Part shown: piece by piece, positions 50,106 to 59,600 of the stretch
How positions within the stretch are numbered: the stretch's first letter is position 1
Layout: every line of letters begins with the position of its first letter
Assembly (NCBI GenBank): GCA_900696525.1
Contig: CAADGL010000004.1
Span: 32,471-96,470, forward strand
Direction of reading: 5' to 3'
Length of the DNA: 64,000 bases
Source of the DNA: an uncultured Planctomycetota bacterium
GTDB lineage: Bacteria; Planctomycetota; Phycisphaerae; UBA1845; Fen-1342
Position numbers and translations under genes: made by a program
The notes under the pieces: generated by a model
Seen by the model: the letters and a program-made list of their open reading frames with translations, nothing else
Told to the model about the DNA's origin: nothing
Database searches by the model: none

Positions 50106-50212
50106 AATCAACGCGTCGCGGAGCGGCCGGCCGCCGGGGTGAAGGCCGCGGAGTACGCGCCCCTGGGGGGCCGCGTTGGTTCAGGGTGTGCAAGCGTCGC
50201 CGGGAGAGAGCG

Positions 50213-51529
50213 ATGGCGTTCAGGACCGGTCTTGCGATCGCGCTCGGTGTCGGACTGTGGTGGGCTGCGCCGGCGGCGGGCCAGTTCGATCTCGAGATCA
50301 TCACTCCGCATCACGAGCACATCCAGCAGGAATTCGAGCGGGCGTTCGTCGAGCACGTCGGCCGGCCGCTGAAGATACGCTGGCTCAAGCAGGGCACCGG
50401 GCAACTGCTGAAAGTGCTCGAAGCCAAGGACCGCGCGGAACCCGGGAAGAGCTTCGGTCTCGACGTGTTCTTCGGCGGCGGCGTGCCGGATCACCAGCTC
50501 GCGGCGGAGCGCCACTTCACCATCGCGGCCAATGTGCCAGCGGAGATTCTCTCCGGCATTCCGCCGGAGATCGCCGGCGTCGCCAACTATGACAAGGAGG
50601 GCCGCTGGTTCGGGTCGGCGCTGTCGGCGTTCGGCGTGCTGATGAACCGGCGCGGGCTGGGGCAGCAGAACCTGCCGGAGATCCAAACGTGGGAAGACCT
50701 GTGCCACCCGCGGATGTTCGGCTGGGTGGTGATCGCTGACCCGCGGAAGAGCTCGAGCGTGCGGGTGTCGTACGAGCTGATCTTGCAGCAGTACGGCTGG
50801 GAGAAGGGTTGGCCGCTGCTGATGCAGCTCGCGGCGAACTCGCGACTGATCGCCGATGCGAGCAGCGCCGTGCCGAACGAGGTCGCCAGCGGCAACGCGC
50901 TCGCCGGCCCGTGCATCGATTTCTACGGCCGGGCACGCGTCGCGCAGGCCGGCGGCGGCGTGCTGGCGTACGTGAATCCGCGCGGCGGATCGGCGATTAC
51001 GCCCGATCCGATCTCGCTGCTGCGCGACCCGCCGCACCGCGAGCTGGCGGAGCGCTTCATCGCGTTCGTGCTGAGTGCGGAGGGACAGGGGCTGTGGATT
51101 CTGCCGCCCGGGGCGCCGGGTGGGCCGCGCGAGCACGCGCTGTATCGCCTGCCGATGCGGCCGGACGTGTTCGAGCGTCACCGAGGCGAGTTGCTCGTCC
51201 GCAACCCCTACGAAGAGGCGGGCCAGGGTGTTTTCTGCCGCATGAACGACGAGCTTCAGAACGCGCGGACGGTGCTGCTGGCCGAGCTCGTCGGCGTGGC
51301 GCTGGTCGATCAGCACACGGAGCTGAAGGCCGCGTGGAAGGCGCTGATCGCCGGCGGCATGAAGCCGGCCGCGCTCGACGAGTGGCGCAAGCCGCCGTTC
51401 AGTGAGCAGGAGGGTCTGGCGCTGAGCCACCGGCTCGCGGAAGGGGGGCGCGGGGCGCGCGAGATCACGCGCGACTGGGTGCGGATGTTCAAGCAGAAGT
51501 ACGCCAATGTGCAGCGCCTCGCGAAGTAG
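50213..51529 (+). CDS. ABC transporter periplasmic substrate-binding protein (family 1, iron/polyamine-like)
   Basis: ATG at 50213 gives the signal peptide MAFRTGLAIALGVGLWWAAPAAG. SBP_bac_1/6-like pattern. It follows the importer ATPase. Confidence 0.78.
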   Translation: MAFRTGLAIALGVGLWWAAPAAGQFDLEIITPHHEHIQQEFERAFVEHVGRPLKIRWLKQGTGQLLKVLEAKDRAEPGKSFGLDVFFGGGVPDHQLAAERHFTIAANVPAEILSGIPPEIAGVANYDKEGRWFGSALSAFGVLMNRRGLGQQNLPEIQTWEDLCHPRMFGWVVIADPRKSSSVRVSYELILQQYGWEKGWPLLMQLAANSRLIADASSAVPNEVASGNALAGPCIDFYGRARVAQAGGGVLAYVNPRGGSAITPDPISLLRDPPHRELAERFIAFVLSAEGQGLWILPPGAPGGPREHALYRLPMRPDVFERHRGELLVRNPYEEAGQGVFCRMNDELQNARTVLLAELVGVALVDQHTELKAAWKALIAGGMKPAALDEWRKPPFSEQEGLALSHRLAEGGRGAREITRDWVRMFKQKYANVQRLAK

Positions 51530-51590
51530 GCGCGGAGGCGGCGATGCGTCCGGGGCCCCGACGCCAGCCGCACCGCCGGAGTCCATCCGC

Positions 51591-52364
51591 GTGAATGAGC
51601 GCCCCGAGATCGTCCGGCTGGAGCAGCTCGTCAAGGTCTACAGCCAGGCCGGCGCCGAGGTCGCCGTGCATGCGCTGCGCGGCATCACGCTGACGATCCG
51701 CCAGGGCGAGTACGTCGCGATCATCGGCGCCAGCGGCAGCGGCAAGAGCACGCTGATGAACATCCTCGGCTGCCTCGACCGCCCCACCGCCGGCACATAC
51801 TGGCTGGCGGGCCAGGACGTGTCGACGCTCGACGACGACGAGCTTTCGGACTTCCGCGGGCGGAGCATCGGCTTCATCTTTCAGAATTTCAACCTCATCC
51901 AGGCCCAGACAGTGCTCGAGAACCTCGAAGTCCCCATGTTCTACCAGGGCGTGCCGCCCGCCGAGCGCCGCCAGCGCGCCTTCGCCGCCGCCCAGCGCGT
52001 CGGCCTCGCCGACCGGCTCCATCACCGGCCCAGCCAGCTCTCCGGCGGTCAGCAGCAGCGCGTCGCGATCGCGCGGGCGCTGCTGAACGACCCGGTGCTG
52101 CTGCTGGCCGACGAGCCGACCGGCAACCTCGACAGCGCGACCGGGCAGTTGATCCTCGCCGTCCTCGACGAACTGCACCGCGCCGGCAAGACGCTCGTGA
52201 TCGTCACGCACGACCGCGGCGTCGCCGCCCGCTGTCAGCGTGTCATCGAGTTCCGCGACGGCGTCGTCATCCACGACGGCGCCCCCGACGCCGCAGGCGC
52301 GGACGTCGGCCGGCACCACGCGGCAGACGCCGCAAGCCGCGAGCGGACCACGCCTCCGGCGTAG
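51591..52364 (+). CDS. ABC ATPase, MacB/LolD type
   Basis: [33 protein letters not shown] and [12 protein letters not shown]. The start is uncertain (GTG 51591 or ATG 51507). Confidence 0.85.
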   Translation: MNERPEIVRLEQLVKVYSQAGAEVAVHALRGITLTIRQGEYVAIIGASGSGKSTLMNILGCLDRPTAGTYWLAGQDVSTLDDDELSDFRGRSIGFIFQNFNLIQAQTVLENLEVPMFYQGVPPAERRQRAFAAAQRVGLADRLHHRPSQLSGGQQQRVAIARALLNDPVLLLADEPTGNLDSATGQLILAVLDELHRAGKTLVIVTHDRGVAARCQRVIEFRDGVVIHDGAPDAAGADVGRHHAADAASRERTTPPA

Positions 52365-52595
52365 CACGGCGGACGCGATTGCCACGCGGCCTGCCGGAAT
52401 ACCGGACCGAACGCGACCCCGGGCTCTGGACCAGGTGCTCATCGTGGACCTGGGGTCGAACGAGGAAGCGGCGCGGGAATCAACAACGATCCTGGGCGAG
52501 GCGTTGCCGGAACAGGATGCAGGGATAGTAGTAATCTAGCCGGAGCCTGTAACTGAACGAGCACCGGTGTCGTCCCCCATATAGTCATTCCCGGT

Positions 52596-52702
52596 TTTTC
52601 CGTGGCCTACGAGCCGCGGCCCCATTGAAGATTGGCAGTCCGCAGGACCTGCCGATAAGACCTTTCCTATCCGCGGCTTAACAGCCGCGGCCCCATTCTC
52701 CA
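52596..52702 (+). CRISPR. Degenerate two-repeat mini-array (psiR1 52596-52631, pseudo-spacer 52632-52666, psiR2 52667-52702)
   Basis: psiR1 is 30/36 and psiR2 26/36 identical to the 36-nt repeat of the main array. The strand is the same and the pseudo-spacer is 35 nt. psiR1 retains the 3' handle part and psiR2 retains the hairpin. A possible -10, TATAGT, lies at 52580-85. Confidence 0.8.
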
Positions 52703-52745
52703 GAGGCATACGCGAAAGAAGTGATGGGTGAAACTGCCGGGGTGC

Positions 52746-52791
52746 TTGCGTCGTTCATCTTACAGAGTATCTTATTGGCCGTCCGCAGGAC
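52746..52791 (+). promoter_or_regulatory. Putative promoter of the sigma-like gene, overlapping a PAM-flanked partial target of the mini-array pseudo-spacer
   Basis: TTGCGT (52746-51), a 16-nt spacer, then TATCTT (52768-73). TTA at 52772-74 is followed by TTGGCCGTCCGCAGGAC (52775-91), which is 16/17 identical to pseudo-spacer nt 1-17. Confidence 0.5.
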
Positions 52792-52808
52792 AAGAGCAGG
52801 AGAACGAT

Positions 52809-53378
52809 GTGCTCGGCGATAACGGAATCTCCCGAATCCTGACGAGCGACGAGTTCCACCGGCGGCTGTATCCGAAGCTGCCGCGCAGTGTGGCTGTCGA
52901 GGAAGTACTGGGCCGAACATGGGAGCGAGCGCGCGACAAGATGCCCACTGTCGGCGACCACGTCGCGTGGCTGCTGCGAGTCGGCGCGAACATCGCGCGC
53001 GATGACCTGAAGGCCGAAAGACGGCGCAGGCGTCGCGAGCGAGAAGTGGGCTGTACCGATTGCCGCGATGAGACATGCACGAATGATCCTCCGAACATGC
53101 ACGCAACGCAAGCCCAAAACGAGCCGGTGCACGATGTGGGCCCTGGCGCCGCGCTCGAGCGTCGCGAACTCCGTCGCGCGATCGTCAACGCCGTGCGTAC
53201 GGCGCGCCTGCCACGAAATCATCGCTGCGCGCTATGGGCATGGCTCCGAGACGAGATTGCGAAGTGGGCCGCGGGGCGCGGGATTCCAGCGGCGACCGCT
53301 CGCGTGTGGGCGCTGCGCGCTCGCGACGCCCTGCGGCCTCACTTGGTAGCCGTTGGCCTCGCGTCGGCAGGTACATGA
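52809..53378 (+). CDS. ECF-type sigma-70-family factor-like protein
   Basis: AGGAG, 6 nt, then GTG at 52809. Region-2-like DHVAWLLRVGANIARDDLKAERRRRR and region-4-like HTH LPRNHRCALWAWL..EIAKWAAGRGIPAATARVWALRARDALR. The track ORF starts at GTG 52728. Confidence 0.6.
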   Translation: MLGDNGISRILTSDEFHRRLYPKLPRSVAVEEVLGRTWERARDKMPTVGDHVAWLLRVGANIARDDLKAERRRRRREREVGCTDCRDETCTNDPPNMHATQAQNEPVHDVGPGAALERRELRRAIVNAVRTARLPRNHRCALWAWLRDEIAKWAAGRGIPAATARVWALRARDALRPHLVAVGLASAGT

Positions 53379-53432
53379 AACCCCGGACGCTCGAGCGTCG
53401 TTCATTCGTTACCGGAGCGATCGCGACCGAGG

Positions 53433-53461
53433 TTGACGGAGACCATTAAGTTCGGTATGTG
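53433..53461 (+). promoter_or_regulatory. Putative sigma70-type promoter of the cas operon
   Basis: TTGACG (53433-38), a 17-nt spacer, then TATGTG (53456-61), 47 nt upstream of the cas7 ATG, in an AT-richer stretch. Confidence 0.4.
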
Positions 53462-53507
53462 TTTGGAGGCGTTCCGATCGAGTTGAGCTTCCGGAAGGAG
53501 AAATGCG

Positions 53508-55085
53508 ATGCCCGATTCACTCACACTCGAAACATTGCGCAGGGCCGTCGCCGGCTCGGCCGCTGCCTTTCGCTGCGTGACCGAGTACCAGCCGGCCGGC
53601 GGGCCGGGGGACAAGGTCTTTCCGCCCACGTATGAGGGCGGCAAGTACGCCACGGAGAAGCGCTACGTGCCCGGCCGCGAGGGGCCGGTGGACTGCGTGC
53701 TGCTCGATTCGGTGCAGTCGCAGGCCAACCGGATGGAGCTGGCGCTGCTGGATGCGTGGGAAGCTGGGCGCATCGAGCTGCCGGTCATCGTCGTGGATTT
53801 CACGAATGACCGGCTGGAAAAGCGGCTTCGCGTCACGAGCCTCGACGCCCCGCACCGCATCGCCGATGCGCTCCTGCGCGACAGCTACGACGGCAACGGC
53901 AAGGGGCGGGTGCTCTTCCGTCAATCGGAGCGCGGCAAGCGGCTGGACATGGTCGACCTGCGAAACGCGACGCCGCTGCTGGAGATGTGCCCGACGGCGC
54001 TGGTCTTCGGCATGTGGGACTCGACCGGGCCGAAGGGCGGCCTGGGCGCGAAGTTTCAGCGGGCGCTGGTTTCTGAGATCGTCGGGCACGACGCCACCGC
54101 GGGTGTAAAGACGAGCAGTCGAATCGACCCCGCGCAGATCGTGTTGGGCGCGGGTCCACTATTCCGCCGCCAAGACGGGCGCTGGACCCCATTTCCTGAT
54201 GACGCGGTTAGAGAGGGCAATCCCGAGAAGGACGGGAAAGTCAAACTCCTCCTTTACGGGAAGGTGAAGAAGAAGGATGTCTGGCATGAAGTCCCCGTCC
54301 TCAAGACGTCGTCTGGAAAGCCAACGGTGGACCCGTCTAAGGCCGAACGCCGCGAGAATCCGGCGCCTCAGCTTCGGTTGTACCACCGGACGGGCAACGA
54401 CGAGTGGATCAATGCGGGCGATTTTCCAACGTCCACCTCAGATGCGGCGCGGCCATCGATTAGCAATCACGGCAACGTGACGCCGACGATTGACGTCCGC
54501 AAGGACTCAAACGGCAACCCGGTGAGAGAGCACGTTCCGGCGATGTTCCTTCGCGACAATCGTGATTTTGTGGTCTATCGTGAGCATGAGACGCCAAGCT
54601 GCATCGGCGGCTTCACAATCTCCAAGGCCGTGCAGACCACGACGATGTCGCTGCCCGCGTTGCGCCGGCTGCACTTTCCGGTGGACGCTGGCGGACGACC
54701 GGCATCCGAGACCGAGCGCAAGAAGCAGGACGACATCAACGGCGCCGGACGCACGGCGCTGGCGGCGCTCGGGCTCTGCGCGGCGACACTCGCCCGTGAA
54801 TCCGGCTGTGACCTGCGCTCGCGTTGCCAGCTCGTCGCCACGACGCCATTCGAGTGGGAGTTCCTCGACAAACCCGGCGAGTCGGAGCATGCGCGCTACG
54901 CGCTGAGCGGGAACGAGGCCATCAAGCTGCTAAATGACGCCGTCGCCGATTTGCGCAAACACGTCTCTGGCGCGTGGCCGAAGAATCCGATCGAGCTCAC
55001 CCCGTCCGACGAGCTGCTCGAGCTGGTCGTCCGTAGTCAGAAACTGGCCGCGGCGGGCAAGGGCGAAACCGCCGTGGAGGAGTGA
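53508..55085 (+). CDS. cas7: Type I-G/I-U Cas7 (Csb1/GSU0053 family)
   Basis: Motifs VFPPTYEGGKY, LDSVQSQANRME and PTALVFGMWDSTGPKGG match my recollection of Csb1. RBS GGAAGGAG. First gene of a coupled operon next to the CRISPR array. Confidence 0.82.
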   Translation: MPDSLTLETLRRAVAGSAAAFRCVTEYQPAGGPGDKVFPPTYEGGKYATEKRYVPGREGPVDCVLLDSVQSQANRMELALLDAWEAGRIELPVIVVDFTNDRLEKRLRVTSLDAPHRIADALLRDSYDGNGKGRVLFRQSERGKRLDMVDLRNATPLLEMCPTALVFGMWDSTGPKGGLGAKFQRALVSEIVGHDATAGVKTSSRIDPAQIVLGAGPLFRRQDGRWTPFPDDAVREGNPEKDGKVKLLLYGKVKKKDVWHEVPVLKTSSGKPTVDPSKAERRENPAPQLRLYHRTGNDEWINAGDFPTSTSDAARPSISNHGNVTPTIDVRKDSNGNPVREHVPAMFLRDNRDFVVYREHETPSCIGGFTISKAVQTTTMSLPALRRLHFPVDAGGRPASETERKKQDDINGAGRTALAALGLCAATLARESGCDLRSRCQLVATTPFEWEFLDKPGESEHARYALSGNEAIKLLNDAVADLRKHVSGAWPKNPIELTPSDELLELVVRSQKLAAAGKGETAVEE

Positions 55086-55088
55086 GCA

Positions 55089-56675
55089 ATGGCCAGCCGC
55101 CCCAACCCGGTCGCCCCCGGGCCGGCAGGCCCGCCGGCGCCGCCGCAAGTGACGCGCTTCTCCATCGCCGTGCGCTATCTGAACGGCTGGGCAATGGCCA
55201 CGCACCCGACCGACCGCGAGCGGGCCGAATGGCCGCCGCACCCGGACCGGCTCTTCATGGCGCTCGTCGCCGCCGCAGCAGACAAAACCGGATTCGACGA
55301 GGCGTTGAAGTATGTCGAGCGTCAGGCAGCACCGGCAATCACGGCCTCGGACGCTGAGCAGCGCGAGGTTGTGACGAGCTACGTGCCCGTAAACGATCCG
55401 GAGATAACGCGGAAGAAAAAGCCCGAGTCGCCCAACAAGCGCTATGCTTCAATCCAGACCTTGGAAAAGGCCAAAGAAGCAGGCCTTGCGCTGCTCCCCG
55501 AGCACCGGGGGCGGCAGCCGCGGACGTTTCCCGTCGCGATTCCGCGCGAGCCGACCGTTCATATCATCTACGAGGCGAACGACGCCTTCACGCCGGAGAT
55601 TCGCGAGAAACTCGCCGCTCTGTGCATGCGCGTGGCGCGCGTCGGCCACTCGGCATCACTTGTGCAGTGCTGGCTCGATTTCGATCCGCCTCCGGCCAAT
55701 CTCATCCCGACCGACGGCGCTGCGCCGCACCGGCTCCGCGTCCCCAGCGCCGGCCGGCTGGAATACCTTCGCGGGCTGTATGAGCTGAACCATCAGCAAG
55801 GCACGGACCTGCGCCCGACGCCCGGCGTATGGGCGGGGTACAGACCAGCAGATTCCGCTACGGTCGCGACGAACATGGCGCTCTCTGTGTTCGGCCCGGC
55901 CTTCCTGCTGCTGCGGCCGGTCGAGGACGAGCGCCGTCGCCCGCCGCTGGTCTCGACGCTGCTCCTGACTGAAGCGCTGCGCGGCCTGCTGATGAACGGC
56001 ACGCGCGCCGTGGATATTCCCGAAGCCCTCAGTGGTCATGCCGCCGATGGCTCACGACTGGACCGGCCGCACCTGGCGATCGCGCCGTTGCCGTTCGTCG
56101 GTTTCGATCACGCAGACGGCCGCATCATGGGCATGGCACTCGTGCCGCCACGTAACGAGAGTGACGCCGGCGCGATCGCGCAGTCACTGAACCGAAAGCT
56201 GTTTGGCGAAGCCGGATTCGAGGCGCCGACACTTACGCTGAAGATGGGCGGCGCGGGCACGTGGGCGCTCGCGGCATCCGATGACTTCCGCCAGGCCTCG
56301 CTGCGCCCCGAGGTCTGGACCGCTGCGCCGGGTGGGGCGACCACCTGGGCAACGGTCACGCCGGTCGTACTGGACCGCCACCCGAAAGGCCGCAACGGCG
56401 GCGCGATGGCTCAACAAACCAAGGAGATCCTCGCCGATGCCTGCATAAACATCGGCCTGCCGCGGCCTGTCGCCGTCGAGTTCGGCCCGGTCTCGATCCT
56501 CCGTGGCGTGCCGCACGCGCGCGACTTTCCGCCGCTCCGGCGCAAGGACGGTTCGGCGGCAAACTACATGCACGCAGTGTTCGAATTTGACAGGCCCGTC
56601 ATCGGGCCGGTGCTGCTCGGCGCCGGACGGTATCGTGGCTATGGCCTGTGCCGGCCGGTGAAGGACGCCACATGA
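55089..56675 (+). CDS. csb2: Type I-G/I-U Cas5-Cas6 fusion (Csb2/GSU0054 family)
   Basis: The N-terminus FSIAVRYLNGWAMATHPTDRERAEWPPHPDRLFMALVAAA is Csb2-like. The gene starts 4 nt after the cas7 stop. Confidence 0.78.
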   Translation: MASRPNPVAPGPAGPPAPPQVTRFSIAVRYLNGWAMATHPTDRERAEWPPHPDRLFMALVAAAADKTGFDEALKYVERQAAPAITASDAEQREVVTSYVPVNDPEITRKKKPESPNKRYASIQTLEKAKEAGLALLPEHRGRQPRTFPVAIPREPTVHIIYEANDAFTPEIREKLAALCMRVARVGHSASLVQCWLDFDPPPANLIPTDGAAPHRLRVPSAGRLEYLRGLYELNHQQGTDLRPTPGVWAGYRPADSATVATNMALSVFGPAFLLLRPVEDERRRPPLVSTLLLTEALRGLLMNGTRAVDIPEALSGHAADGSRLDRPHLAIAPLPFVGFDHADGRIMGMALVPPRNESDAGAIAQSLNRKLFGEAGFEAPTLTLKMGGAGTWALAASDDFRQASLRPEVWTAAPGGATTWATVTPVVLDRHPKGRNGGAMAQQTKEILADACINIGLPRPVAVEFGPVSILRGVPHARDFPPLRRKDGSAANYMHAVFEFDRPVIGPVLLGAGRYRGYGLCRPVKDAT

Positions 56676-59600
56676 GCGCACTGCCAACCCTGGAAGCCAG
56701 CGAATTCGCGGCGTTCTTCATGGCGCTCAACGGCGTTGATCCGTTTCCCTGGCAACAACGCCTGCTCGACGACTTCGTCGCCGGCAAGTGGCTCGATGCG
56801 GAGAACAATCCGCAACAATGGCCGGCGGCAATGGCCCTTCCTACCGCCAGCGGGAAGACCGCCTGCATCGACATCGCGCTGTTCCATCTCGCGTTGCAGG
56901 CGGATTTGCCGCCGAACGAGCGGACCGCGCCGCGGCGCATCTTCTTCTGCGTCGATCGGCGCGTCATCGTTGACGAGGCCCACCAGCGCGCCCTCATGAT
57001 CGCAATGCGGCTTCAAGCGGCGGCCAGGAATGCCTCGATTGACGGTGATGTGCTCTCCCGCGTCGCGTCGCGGCTGCGGCATCTCGCGGGAAGCGACCAA
57101 GCCGCTCCGCTGGCCGTACACCAGCTCCGCGGCGGCATGTTTCGCGACGACGCCTGGGCCACGTCGCCATTGCAGCCGACGGTAATCTGCACGACGGTCG
57201 ACCAACTCGGCTCGCGGCTGTTGTTCCGCGCCTACGGCGTCAGCCCGCACTCGGCGTCGATCCACGCCGGCCTGGCCGCCAATGACGCGCTGGTTCTTCT
57301 CGACGAAGCCCACTGCGCCGAGCCGTTCCGGCAGACACTCAACGCTGTGCGGCTCTTCCGGGGTGCGAAATGGGCCGAACGGCCTCTTCCGTCGCCCTTC
57401 GCCTTCGTCGAGATGTCCGCCACGCCGCGGAGCGAAGGGCAACGGTTTGAGCTGGATGTAAGCGATCGGGGTCACGCGGAACTGAAGAAGCGGCTGGAGG
57501 CCAGCAAGCCCGCGAAATTGCTCCCATCTGCGTCCAGTACGAATGACAACGATTTCACTCCGAAGTTCGCGAGCGAGCTCGTGAAACATGTCGCTGAGCA
57601 GGTGAAGGCAGACTCGAAGCGTATCGCCGTCATGGTCAATCGCGTTCCGACGGCGCAGGCCGTCTACGCCGCACTTGAAAAGGCCTCTCGAACGGCGACG
57701 CCCGACTCTCCTGAACAGACCGATCCCGTTGCCGAATCAAAGAAAACGGAACCGATCGCCTGCGACCGCGTGCTCATGATCGGCCGCATGCGCCCGCTTG
57801 ATCGCGACGATCTCGTGCGCCTGTGGCAGCCGAAGCTGAAGGCGACGCCGGGCAGCAACGAACGACGTGAAACGCACCAGAAGCCCATCGTCGTCGTTGC
57901 CACGCAATGTCTCGAAGTCGGCGCGAACCTCGACTTCGACGCCCTGATCACCGAGGCTGCCAGTCTGGACGCCCTGCGGCAGCGCTTCGGCCGGCTGAAT
58001 CGACTTGGACGCGACGAATCGTGCCACGCCGTGATCGTGGCACCCAAGGACGCGATCAAGGACGGCGCCGACGACCCGATCTACGGGCCGGCCATCGCGA
58101 ATACCTGGAACTGGATGCACAAGCACGCGCAGCCCGCCGCGGACGGTGTTTCGCGGACTGCTGCGACCGCTACCACCGGGGCCGCCAAGCCGAGGAGAAC
58201 GAGCAGGAAGAGTGCGGCCGCCGCTGAGGCAACGAAGATGATCGACTTCGGCGTCAACGCGATCGCAGCGAGTCTGCCAACGAACGCCGACGAGCGTGCC
58301 AAGCTTCTCAAGGCGCTCTCGCCGCCCGCGCCGGATGCGCCTGTCATGCTGCCCGCGCACCTCGACCTCTGGTGCCAGACTGCGCCCGTCCCCGATCCCG
58401 ATCCCGATGTGTCGATCTTCCTGCACGGCCCGCAGCGCGGCGTGCCGACCGTCTCCGTCTGCTGGCGGGCGGACCTCGGCGATGATTCGGAGAAGTGGGC
58501 CGAGATCGTGTCACTGCTGCCGCCGTCGTCGCCCGAGTGCATGCCCGTGCCGCTGCACCTGGTTCGCAAGTGGATCAAGCACGAACCGGCCCAGCCAACG
58601 GACGATACCGGAGACGTCGAGCAGGCCGCGCAGGGCGACGACCGCGACGACCGCCAGGGAACGAGCGGTGAGCCTCGCTACGTTCTCCGCTGGCGCGGCA
58701 ATCCCCGTGAGAGGGAGAGCGAAACATGCCCGACAAACGACCCCAACGACCTTCGCCCCGGCGACGTCGTCGTCATCCCGGCGGCCTGGGCGCATACGTG
58801 CTCGTTCGGCCACCTTCCGAGAATCACAAGCGAGTGGACGCAGCAGAAGGACGGCGACAAGGAGAACGAGAAGCTTCGCCAGCCTCTTCCCGACTCGATC
58901 GCCACGCCGCTCGACCGCGCCGAGCAGGCCAACCTGATCGCCCGCCGGCGTTTGGCGCTTCGACTCACGCCGCAGTTCGTCGAGTCGCGGCCCGACCCGC
59001 GCGATGACGAGAACCGTCCCGTGATTCCCGCGCGTTGCGAGTTGCTCTCCCTTCTGCAAGACCCGGAAACGCGCGAGCGTCTCGGCGAGCCGGACGTGGC
59101 CGGCCAGCTCAAGGCGACTCTGCGCGACCTGAGCCGTCAACTCAAGGACGGCGCGAAGGCGAAAGGGGTCGATACCGAATCGGCATGGCTGCGTGTGCTG
59201 ATTGCCGCGACCACGACGCGCGCGCTGCGCGCCGAGGTCGTCGGGCATCCCGCCGGCGGGCTCGTCGTCCGCAGTCGGAGGCGTATCGGCGAGCGCGCCC
59301 TGCGCGCGGCGGGCCTGATACCCGGCGAACTCGAAGCCGGTGTTGGCGATGAGGACGAACGCTCGCTGGCCGCCCCGCGGCCCGTCGCGCTCGAAGCCCA
59401 TGTTTCCGCCGTTGCCAACCAAGCTAAGACATTCGCTCGCGCCGGCGGCGCGAAGGGGCTGGCCGATGCCGTGTGTCGCGCCGCGCTGCTGCACGACCAC
59501 GGCAAGCTTGACCCGCGCTTTCAGGCATATCTCCTCGGTGCGGGATGTCTCGCGGTGAACGCTCGTGCGCCGCTCGCCAAGTCCGGCCGCTCGCCGACCC

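Noticed and set aside
52738-52773. A third, fully decayed repeat that would make the pseudo-spacer target just another old spacer
   Set aside because: The phase fits (two 71-72-nt periods), but position-by-position identity to the repeat is 9/36, or 5/36 when shifted by one, which is random level. By contrast psiR1 and psiR2 retain 30/36 and 26/36. This is kept as a caveat in the main finding.
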